A DNA stretch of 64,000 nt from Myxococcota bacterium (lineage in GTDB: Bacteria > Myxococcota_A > UBA9160 > JAFDDA01): contig OZ245817.1 of the NCBI GenBank assembly GCA_965228475.1, positions 3,200,001 to 3,264,000 on the forward strand, written 5' to 3'. This document shows positions 56,571 through 64,000 of the stretch, piece by piece (the first letter of the stretch is position 1; each line of letters begins with the position of its first letter). The position numbers were made by a program, and so were the translations under genes. A model generated the notes under the pieces. That model was not told the origin of the DNA, ran no database searches, and saw only the letters and a list, made by a program, of their open reading frames with translations.

Positions 56571-57502
56571 GCCACCTCGTGGCGGAAGGCCGGCTCCACC
56601 TGGGCCGGCTCGGGTGCCCCGGGCCTGCCCGCCGCCGCACGGCGCCGCATGCGCTGGATCTCGCGTCGCGCGTCGGCGTAGCCCGCGGTGATGAGACGGC
56701 TCGTGCGGCGCGCGTTCCAGGAGAAGAGCGAGAGCGGGCTGAAGCCGGCGTGCTGCTCGCCGGGCTCGAGCACGGTCACCGGGACGCCCTGGTAGCTGCC
56801 GTCGCGGTCGATGCGCGTGGTCACGTAGCCGACGTTGCCGATCGTGCGCCACATGACGTCGGTCAGGCGGCCGTAGTAGTCGAACGGGGTGCGGAAGGTC
56901 CGCTTGTAGGGGAGATCGCTCGCGATCACGGCCAGGACGTACACCTCCGTCGCACCCATTTCGATGGCCTGGAGGACGGGAACGTTCCATGCGAAGCCGC
57001 CGTCGACGAAGTATTCGCCCTTGTGCTTCACGGGCGGGAAGAGGATCGGGATCGCGTACCCGGCCCGGGTGAGCGTGCGCGCCTCGCGCACGGAGCTCAT
57101 GTGGCGGTTGGTCGCGAACTGCCCCTCGCCCCGCGAGAGGTTCAGCAGGACGAAGGAGAGGTCGAGAGGCGACTCGATCACGCGCTTGAAATCGATGTAC
57201 TCCTCGATCGTCTCGGCGAGGGGCTCCATCGAGAAGAGCGACATGCCGGAGATCGGATTGTGCTTCCAGCTCGGGCGGAACTTCGTCGCCACCGAGCCCA
57301 TGCCCGTCCACGCCTCCTCCATGTGATCGACGCCGCCCGTCGCGTAGAGGCAGGCGTTGATCACGCCGATCGAGGAGGCGACGATCGCGTCGGGGCGGAT
57401 GCCCTGTTCTTCCAGGTAGCGGAGCGCGCCGACCTGATGCGCGCCGAGCGAAGCGCCGCCCCCGAGCACGAAGACGCGCCGGGGGCCCTCGGTTTCGCTC
57501 AC
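56567..57502 (-). CDS. Patatin-like phospholipase
   Basis: LGGGASLG, ASSIG nucleophile elbow, DGG. Confidence 0.85.
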   Translation of the reverse strand: MSETEGPRRVFVLGGGASLGAHQVGALRYLEEQGIRPDAIVASSIGVINACLYATGGVDHMEEAWTGMGSVATKFRPSWKHNPISGMSLFSMEPLAETIEEYIDFKRVIESPLDLSFVLLNLSRGEGQFATNRHMSSVREARTLTRAGYAIPILFPPVKHKGEYFVDGGFAWNVPVLQAIEMGATEVYVLAVIASDLPYKRTFRTPFDYYGRLTDVMWRTIGNVGYVTTRIDRDGSYQGVPVTVLEPGEQHAGFSPLSLFSWNARRTSRLITAGYADARREIQRMRRRAAAGRPGAPEPAQVEPAFRHEVA

Positions 57503-58374
57503 GTGAAGATGCCCTTGCGTTCGCGCAGGCCCTTCTCGAAGAGATCCTCGATGGCGTGGCGGACCTGGTTCACCTTGAGCTGGATCACGGCGTCTTCGTC
57601 GTTGGCTTCCCCTTCGAAGCGCAGCGGCGCGCCGAAGTGGATGCGGTACTTCGTCGGCATCGGGAGAATGCCGAGCGGACCGAGCCAGGGGAAACCGAGC
57701 GTGATCGGAAGCGCCGGCATGCCGAGCGCCTTCCCGAGCCCGGCGAAGTTCGCGATTCCCGGCTGCTGCTCCTCGGAGCCGATGAACGCCACCGGGACGA
57801 TCGGCGTGCGCGTCTCGAGCGCGAGCCGCATGAAGCCGAGGCCGAACTTCTGGAGCCGATAGCGCTCGCTGTAGGGCTTGTTGATCCCGCCCGCACCCTC
57901 GGGGAAGACCATCACGCACTCACCGTCCTGGAGCATGCTGCGACAGTTCTCCGGCGTCCCGATCATCATGCCGCCGCGCGTCGCGGCCGTGCTCATCCAG
58001 GGCAGGCGCGCGATGAAGTACTCGCCCATGCCGCGCACGATGCGCGGCGGCTCGCCCTCGAGCAGCATGGCGAGGGTCAACATCATGCCGTCGAAGGGCA
58101 GCTGGCCCGCGTGATTCGCGATCAGCAGCACGCGCCCGGGCGGGACGTTCTCGATGCCGAAGTTCTCGACGCGGAAGTAGTAGCGATAGAGCGCGAGCGC
58201 GGGCGGCATGAGCCGCAGCGCGTCCTCCGGGTTGAAGCCGTACTTGTCGAAGCCGTACTCGTTGAGCGGCGTCGGCGTCTTCTGGATGCGCTCGGCGAGC
58301 TCGCGCTGGAGCGTGCGGAACTCCATCGGCGCGAGGCCCGCGAGGGCGTCGCCGATCGCCCCGGTGATGCTCAC
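57499..58374 (-). CDS. Lysophospholipid acyltransferase (PlsC-like)
   Basis: NHAGQLPFD, FPEG, PIVPVA. Confidence 0.9.
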   Translation of the reverse strand: MSITGAIGDALAGLAPMEFRTLQRELAERIQKTPTPLNEYGFDKYGFNPEDALRLMPPALALYRYYFRVENFGIENVPPGRVLLIANHAGQLPFDGMMLTLAMLLEGEPPRIVRGMGEYFIARLPWMSTAATRGGMMIGTPENCRSMLQDGECVMVFPEGAGGINKPYSERYRLQKFGLGFMRLALETRTPIVPVAFIGSEEQQPGIANFAGLGKALGMPALPITLGFPWLGPLGILPMPTKYRIHFGAPLRFEGEANDEDAVIQLKVNQVRHAIEDLFEKGLRERKGIFT

Positions 58375-59288
58375 CCCTTCACCCCGTGGAAGATCTCGCG
58401 CAGCCCGAAGGCCGGCCGGAAGTTCGTCGCCTCGATGAAGCGCTTGCCCGAGAGCGTCACCGGGTACTTCAGGTAGTCGAGCGCACCCGGCGGGTACGGC
58501 CACATCCCCCAGTCGAACATGCGGGAGAAGAGCGGCCGGACCACGGGCTCGGGCAGCGGCATGGCCTGCCCACCGATCTCCTCGATCGCGGTGTGCAGCG
58601 GGACCTCGCCGGGCCCGGTCACGTTGAACACGCCGCGCAGCCCCGCCTCGAGGGCCCGGGCGATGGCCTCGGAGAGATCCTCCTCGTGGATGAACTGCAT
58701 CATCGGGTCGAAGCCCATCATCGTGGGGATGCGCTTCTGCTTCAGGTACTGGCTCATCATCGAGTGGACGAAGTACCCGAGCACGTTCACCGGCCGCAGG
58801 ACCGAGGTCTGGATGTGGGGGTACCGCCAGATGAACGCCGAGGCGAGCGTGTCGACCTCGACCAGGTCCCGGATCTCCGGATACGAGCGGCTGGCGGAGA
58901 TCGGGTGGTCCTCGTCCATGTAGAACGGGTTTTCGGGAAAGGCCCCGTAGACGTACCCGCTCGAGACCACCACGAGCTTCTGCACGCCGTAGTTGTTGCA
59001 GTGGTCGAGGAGCTGCTTCGTCCCGCGCACGTTCACGTCGTGGCGGGTGTTCTCCTGCCCCCGGAAATGCCGGATGAAGCCCATGTGGACGATGGCCGTG
59101 GGGAGCTCCGTCCGGATCACGTCCTCGAACTTCTTCTTGCGGAGGTCCACGACGTGAACGTCCACCTCGCGCGGGCGGCCCTCCCAGGCCACGCGATCCA
59201 CGCCCATGACCTGCCAGTTCTCGAGCAGGCGGCGCGCCAGGAGCCTCCCCTGGCCCCCCGAAATACCGGTGATGAGTACTTTTTCCAT
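58371..59288 (-). CDS. Extended SDR NAD-dependent epimerase/dehydratase
   Basis: TGISGGQG, NVRGT, SSGYVYG, GFDPMMQFIHEED. Confidence 0.85.
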   Translation of the reverse strand: MEKVLITGISGGQGRLLARRLLENWQVMGVDRVAWEGRPREVDVHVVDLRKKKFEDVIRTELPTAIVHMGFIRHFRGQENTRHDVNVRGTKQLLDHCNNYGVQKLVVVSSGYVYGAFPENPFYMDEDHPISASRSYPEIRDLVEVDTLASAFIWRYPHIQTSVLRPVNVLGYFVHSMMSQYLKQKRIPTMMGFDPMMQFIHEEDLSEAIARALEAGLRGVFNVTGPGEVPLHTAIEEIGGQAMPLPEPVVRPLFSRMFDWGMWPYPPGALDYLKYPVTLSGKRFIEATNFRPAFGLREIFHGVKG

Positions 59289-59385
59289 CGATTTCCTGCG
59301 GGTTTAGGGCCCTAGCGTACATGCTCCTGCGGCGGCGATCTACTCCGGGCCGTGTTATAACCGGCGCCCGGAAGGGGCCGTGCCG

Positions 59386-60102
59386 ATGGAGCCTGCCGCC
59401 AAATTTGAGGACATCTCGATCCCCGTCACCTCCGAGGAGGGGGATTTCGAGGTCAGCGGCGTCCTGGGCGTCCCGGAGTGGTGGCCGAGCGGCGCCCGGG
59501 TGGGCGTGATCCTGGCCCCGGGCACCGGAGGGCGCCACGACGACCCCTTCCTGACCGAGCTCCAGCGTCTCCTAACGGAGCGTAAGCTCCTGACCTTGAA
59601 GTTCAATTTCCACTTCGGGGAGGAGGGCCGGAAGCGCCCCGACTCGATGCTGGTGCTCCGCCAGACCTACCGGGCTGCGGTCCAGATGTTCTCGGCGGAC
59701 CCGACCTCGGCCCCGGCCCACGTCTTCGCCGGCGGGGTCGGCCTCGGGGCCAAGGTGGCCAGCCACGTGGCGACGAGCCGGGTCCGGGTGACCGGCCTCT
59801 ACGCCCTCGGCTACCCGCTCCACACGAGCGGCAAGCCCGAGAAGCTCGACGCCGACCAGCTCTACCGGATCATCACGCCGATGCTCTTCATCCAGGGCTC
59901 GAAGGCCAAGAACTGCGACATCCCGACCCTTCGCCGGGTGCTCGGCCGCGTGGGGGCGCCGACGGCGCTCCACGTCGTCGAGGAGGCGGACCACCTGTTC
60001 AAGGTCGCCAAGAAGTCCGGGCGGACCCAGGAGGAGGTCACGGCCGAATGCATGGCCGCCATGACCTCCTGGTTCGAAAAGGCGGCCGGCGCCGCCCAAT
60101 GA
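59386..60102 (+). CDS. Alpha/beta hydrolase fold protein (KANL3/Tex30-like), nucleophile absent
   Basis: KFNF, GGVGLG, LGYPLH..GKP, MLFIQG, ADH. Confidence 0.75.
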   Translation: MEPAAKFEDISIPVTSEEGDFEVSGVLGVPEWWPSGARVGVILAPGTGGRHDDPFLTELQRLLTERKLLTLKFNFHFGEEGRKRPDSMLVLRQTYRAAVQMFSADPTSAPAHVFAGGVGLGAKVASHVATSRVRVTGLYALGYPLHTSGKPEKLDADQLYRIITPMLFIQGSKAKNCDIPTLRRVLGRVGAPTALHVVEEADHLFKVAKKSGRTQEEVTAECMAAMTSWFEKAAGAAQ

Positions 60103-60788
60103 GCCGCGGGCACGGCGGGGAACGCTCGGCCGCCGAGCGCCTGCTGTTCGACCGCCCCCTCCTCTACCGCGCCAAGCGCTTCCTGATCGAACGCGTGATC
60201 TGGGACTTCCTGCTCACCGGGATCTTCCGGCTCGAGCCGCGCCCGATGCCGGCCGCCCTTTCCGGCCTCGCGGGCCAGCGCGTGCTCCTGGCCGCCTGCG
60301 GGCCGGGCACGGCCACGACGGGGCCCGCCGTCGACGAGGCGGCCTCCGTGGTCGCCTTCGACCTCTCGCCCCACTTCGCCGCGTCCTGCGCGGCGCACCG
60401 TCCGGACTGGCAGGTCTACTGCGGCGACCTCCTCCACCTGCCCCACGGCCCGGGCGCCTTCGACGCCGCGGTGCTCTACTCCTCGCTCCACCACGTCCCG
60501 GCGGACGCCCGGCAGGTGCTGGGAGAGCTCTCCCGCGTGGCGGGAGGCCGGGTCTTCGTCCTCGAGGGCGTCGTGCCCGAGCGGGGGCTCCTGCGAAGGC
60601 TCCTCCTGCTCTGGTACCGCCTGGTCGACGGCGGCCATCACTACTACACCCTCACCGAGCTGCGCGGTGCCCTCGAGGCCACGGGCCTGCGCGTCGCGCG
60701 CGAAGACCTGCACGGGCCGATCCAGCACATGTGGCTGGCCGAGCTCGCCCCAGCCCACCGAGCGCCCTCCGGAGCACCCCATGCCTGA
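60099..60788 (+). CDS. Class I SAM-dependent methyltransferase
   Basis: ACGPG, FDLS, GDLLHLP, FD, SLHH; ATGA overlap. Confidence 0.75.
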   Translation: MSRGHGGERSAAERLLFDRPLLYRAKRFLIERVIWDFLLTGIFRLEPRPMPAALSGLAGQRVLLAACGPGTATTGPAVDEAASVVAFDLSPHFAASCAAHRPDWQVYCGDLLHLPHGPGAFDAAVLYSSLHHVPADARQVLGELSRVAGGRVFVLEGVVPERGLLRRLLLLWYRLVDGGHHYYTLTELRGALEATGLRVAREDLHGPIQHMWLAELAPAHRAPSGAPHA

Positions 60789-61482
60789 AACGAGCGATCT
60801 CTACTTCCGCCAGATCCCCGTCGGCGAGATGGCGAACTTCGCCTACCTCGTCGGGAGCGTCTCCGAGCGCAAGGCCCTGCTCGTGGACCCGGCCTGGAAC
60901 GTCGAGGGGCTCCTCGCCCAGGCGGCGGAGGACGGCATGGAGGTCGCCGGCGCCCTCGTCACCCACTACCACCAGGATCACTGCGGCGGAGAGATCTTCG
61001 GAATGAAGATCGAGGGTCTGGCGAAGCTGCTCGAGCTCGCGCCCGTCCCCATCCACGTGAACCACGAAGAGGCCGACGGCCTGCGCACGGTGACGGGGGT
61101 CTCGGAGTCGGACCTCGTCCGCCAGCGGGGCGGCGACGAGATCGCGCTCGGCCAGATGCGCGTGCGCCTGATCCACACGCCCGGCCACACCCCGGGCTCC
61201 CAGTGTTTCCTGGTCGAAGACGCCGCGGGCCCGGGCCGCCTCGTCTCCGGCGACACGCTCTTCCTCGGGAGCTGCGGCCGCGTCGACCTCCCCGGCGCCG
61301 ACCCGGAAGCCATGTACCACAGCCTGAACGGCACCCTGAAGGCCCTGCCCGACGAGACCGTCGTCTACCCGGGCCACCTCTACTCCTCCGAGCCCTCCGG
61401 CAGCCTCGCCGAAGAAAAACGCCACAACCCCTACCTGAGAGTCACCAGCCTCGACCAGTTCCTCACCTTCATGGGCCACTGA
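60781..61482 (+). CDS. MBL-fold metallo-hydrolase (glyoxalase II-like)
   Basis: THYHQDH, HTPGHTPG, GDTLF..CGRVD, YPGH. Confidence 0.9.
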   Translation: MPETSDLYFRQIPVGEMANFAYLVGSVSERKALLVDPAWNVEGLLAQAAEDGMEVAGALVTHYHQDHCGGEIFGMKIEGLAKLLELAPVPIHVNHEEADGLRTVTGVSESDLVRQRGGDEIALGQMRVRLIHTPGHTPGSQCFLVEDAAGPGRLVSGDTLFLGSCGRVDLPGADPEAMYHSLNGTLKALPDETVVYPGHLYSSEPSGSLAEEKRHNPYLRVTSLDQFLTFMGH

Positions 61483-61508
61483 GGCGGGCCAAAGGCCCGC
61501 CCCGTTTC
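61483..61508 (+). terminator. Hairpin terminator after MBL gene
   Basis: GGCGGGCC-AAA-GGCCCGCC then CCGTTTC. Confidence 0.55.
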
Positions 61509-61555
61509 AAATAAAACCGGCTGCACGCTCCGCCCCGCCCCCACCCCACCGAGTA

Positions 61556-61661
61556 GCGCCGGGTGGGAGGGAGGCCTGCCGGACCGTAAACCACGCCCAT
61601 CAGCCCTCGCCGAGACTCCGCCCAAGACGCCGGTCCGGCAGGCCTCCCTCCCACCCGGCGC
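61556..61661. repeat. Perfect 31-bp inverted repeat with 44-nt spacer (MITE/REP-like)
   Basis: GCGCCGGGTGGGAGGGAGGCCTGCCGGACCG (61556-61586) is the exact reverse complement of 61631-61661. Confidence 0.9.
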
Positions 61662-61668
61662 GGAGCCC

Positions 61669-61707
61669 AAAAAGAGAAAGGGCCGCGCACCCAACGGTAC
61701 GCGGCCC
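61669..61707 (-). terminator. Intrinsic terminator for 61735..62232
   Basis: Minus strand GGGCCGCGTACC-GTTG-GGTGCGCGGCCC-TTTCTCTTTTT. Confidence 0.75.
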
Positions 61708-61734
61708 ATCAAACCAAGAGAGCGAGCAGCCCGT

Positions 61735-62232
61735 TCAGCCCTCCTCGCTCGGCTCCTTCACGATGATCTCCCCTTCGATCCGCGCGCGCGAACCGGCGCC
61801 GCTCTGGCCGGGGTCGGGCCGCACGACCTTGTAGCGATAGCGGCCGGGCTTGAGCTGGCAGAAGCTCGCGAACTCGCCGGCGTGGATCGGCGCGGAGCGC
61901 AGCTCGTCCTCCTTGATCGAGAAGTTCACCAGGCTGTGGCAGATCATGTCGCGGGCGACTTCCCGCTCGAAGACGATCACCGAGGGCTGCGGCGCGTAGC
62001 TGACCCAGGCCACGAGCTGGCCCTTCTCGAGCACCACGCGGTCCGGGCGCAGGGCCTGGTCCGTGATGAGGACGACCTTGTGGCTCTCCATCCGGTAGCT
62101 CGGGTCGAGCGCGGGGACCTCACCCGGCGTGTCGTAGGGGACCTCGGACGGGCGGGTGTCTTCGGCCGTGGCCGGGAACCCGGCGAGGACCAGGGCGGCC
62201 GCGAGGGCCAGGAAGCGGGTAATGCGGGGCAC
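61735..62232 (-). CDS. Secreted hypothetical protein, possible cupredoxin-like beta sandwich
   Basis: Signal peptide, GQLVAW, PGRYRY, IEGEIIV; AAGGAG RBS. Confidence 0.6.
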   Translation of the reverse strand: MPRITRFLALAAALVLAGFPATAEDTRPSEVPYDTPGEVPALDPSYRMESHKVVLITDQALRPDRVVLEKGQLVAWVSYAPQPSVIVFEREVARDMICHSLVNFSIKEDELRSAPIHAGEFASFCQLKPGRYRYKVVRPDPGQSGAGSRARIEGEIIVKEPSEEG

Positions 62233-62587
62233 GCAGACTCTCCTTCTTCGACTCTTGTCGCATTCGGTTCGGAGCCGGGTCCGCGCAGATGCTGGCCGGC
62301 CGTGGGCGTTGGACGGCAGTGTATACCAGTTGATTCAAGGGGTTGGCGCCGTTTTCGCCGTCTGGGTTCCGCCCAGGCGGCGCGCCCCCGCGGGCCCGCG
62401 GCCCGGCGGCCCCCTTGGGCTCTAACCCCCCGGAACGCATTTGGTTTTCCGGCCGCGGGCGCTTGAAAGCGCCCGGCGCCCGAGCTAGCGTACCCGCGCC
62501 TCGGGCCGAGGCTCCCTGCCTCGGCGCCCCAGGGCTCGATCATTCGCATTACCGCGACCTCCCAGCGGGAAGGAAAGGCTTCCGTCC

Positions 62588-63370
62588 ATGAAGATCCTGG
62601 TCTGCCTGAAGCAGGTTCCGCACTCCGACGCCCGGCTCGACGTCGCCGGCGACGGAAAGTGGATCTCCGAAGACAACATCAAGTTCGAGATCAACACCTA
62701 CGACACGTACGCCCTCGAGGAGGCCTTGAAGCTCAAGGACGCCGGCGAGGCCGAGGTCGTGGTGGTCTCGATCGGTCCGGACCGCGTGACCCAGGCCCTG
62801 CGCACGGCGCTCGGCATGGGCGCGGACCGCGCGATCCACGTGAACGATGCGGCCGTCGAGGGCTCGGACTCGCTCGGCATGGCCAAGGTGCTGGCCGCCG
62901 TCGTGAAGGAAGAGGGCCCGGACCTGGTGTTCGCGGGCCTCATGGCCGACGACGGCAACTTCGCCGCGGTCCCGCCGATGGTCGCCCAGCTGGCGGGTCT
63001 CCCGTCCACGACGGCCGCGATGTCGGTCTCGCTGGCGGACGGCACGGTCACGGTGGAGCGCGAGCTCGAGGGCGGCGCCCTCGAGGTCGTCCAGCTTCCG
63101 ACGCCCTGCCTCGTCGCGGTGCAGTCGGGCCTGAACCAGGTCCGCTACGCCTCGCTCAAGGGGATCATGGCCGCCAAGAAGAAGCCGGTGGACGTGAAGA
63201 CGGCCGCCGACCTCGGCGTCGGCGACGCGGTCGGCGCGGGTGCCGCGAAGATCGAAATCGAGAAGGTGTACGTGCCGCCCAAGGGTGAAGGCGCGGAGCT
63301 CGTCGAAGGCTCCGCGGATGAGGTGGCGCAGAAGCTCGTCGGCAAGATCAAGGAGCTCGGGCTTCTCTAG
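62588..63370 (+). CDS. etfB: Electron transfer flavoprotein beta subunit
   Basis: MKILVCLKQVP, ALEEAL, GMGADRA, ERELEGG, RYASLKGIMAAKKK. Confidence 0.95.
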   Translation: MKILVCLKQVPHSDARLDVAGDGKWISEDNIKFEINTYDTYALEEALKLKDAGEAEVVVVSIGPDRVTQALRTALGMGADRAIHVNDAAVEGSDSLGMAKVLAAVVKEEGPDLVFAGLMADDGNFAAVPPMVAQLAGLPSTTAAMSVSLADGTVTVERELEGGALEVVQLPTPCLVAVQSGLNQVRYASLKGIMAAKKKPVDVKTAADLGVGDAVGAGAAKIEIEKVYVPPKGEGAELVEGSADEVAQKLVGKIKELGLL

Positions 63371-63395
63371 CCCCGAGCACAGAAAGGAAACACCG

Positions 63396-64000
63396 ATGGG
63401 CACCATCCTCATCGTTACGGAAATCCAGAAGGGCGCGATCCGCGAGGCGAGCTACGAGCTCGCGAGCTTCGCGCAGAAGCTCGGCGGCGACGTGAAGAGC
63501 CTGGTCCTCGGCAAGGACGTGAAGGGCCTGGCCGAGGGCTTCGCGAGCAAGGGCGGCGGCGAGGTCCACGTGGCCGAAGCCGACGCGCTGGCCGACTACA
63601 ACGCCGACGCGTACACCCAGGCCGTCCAGGCCGCGGTCTCCGCCACCGGCGCGGACCTCGTGCTGATCTCGAACACGCCGAGCGGCTGGGACTTCGCGCC
63701 CCGCGTGGCCGCGGCCCTCGACGCCGCGTTCGTCACGGACGCCTTCGACGTCGAGGACGACGGCGGCCAGCCGGCGTTCCTGCGCCGCGTGTTCAACGGC
63801 AAGCTCGACGCCCGCGTGAAGACGTCCGGCGGCGTGGTCGTGGCGACCATGCAGCCCGGCGCGACGGCGGCCTTCGAGGGCTCGACCGACGGCTCGGTGA
63901 AGGAGCTCGACCCGGGCCTCGGCGAGATCAAGACGAAGTTCGTCGAGATCAAGACCGCCGAAGCCAAGGGCGTGGACCTCACCAAGGCGAGCGTGATCGT
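63396..64000 (+). CDS. etfA: Electron transfer flavoprotein alpha subunit (partial, runs off window)
   Basis: Manual translation MGTILIVTEIQKG...APRVAAALD...RRVFNGK...VDLTKASVI, directly after etfB. Confidence 0.92.
   Translation, partial: MGTILIVTEIQKGAIREASYELASFAQKLGGDVKSLVLGKDVKGLAEGFASKGGGEVHVAEADALADYNADAYTQAVQAAVSATGADLVLISNTPSGWDFAPRVAAALDAAFVTDAFDVEDDGGQPAFLRRVFNGKLDARVKTSGGVVVATMQPGATAAFEGSTDGSVKELDPGLGEIKTKFVEIKTAEAKGVDLTKASVI

Noticed and set aside
62233..62587. ncRNA or tRNA in the long intergenic region before etfB
   Set aside because: Only short GC hairpins and promoter-like AT patches; no recognisable RNA family features.

Overview
High-GC bacterial chromosomal segment with about 70 densely packed CDS. 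I recognised no rRNA, tRNA, CRISPR array, integrase or transposase. Gene content (several PEP-CTERM proteins, sigma54-type promoter, PilZ, Cys/Asp-rich repeat protein) suggests Myxococcota or a related lineage; this is inference only. The main theme is acyl-CoA/B12 metabolism, with a dispersed ethylmalonyl-CoA (EMC) pathway-like gene set: mesaconyl-CoA hydratase, a very divergent crotonyl-CoA carboxylase/reductase-like MDR enzyme next to a family III CoA-transferase and a Chloroflexus-type malyl-CoA lyase, meaA/ecm-meaB, cobalamin adenosyltransferase, pntAAB and etfBA. Other highlights: a translationally coupled pair of Fe-S PD-(D/E)XK (Cas4/AddB-like) nucleases with no CRISPR or helicase; five PEP-CTERM-type proteins, two behind a sigma54 promoter whose leader holds an intrinsic terminator and a G-quadruplex-like tract; a symmetric 24-bp bidirectional leaderless promoter and many other leaderless starts; a perfect 31-bp inverted repeat; an lvaAB-like kinase module coupled to an isovaleryl-CoA dehydrogenase-like gene; and several apparent pseudoenzymes. 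All calls come from motif recognition by eye, no searches were run, and several start codons are estimates.
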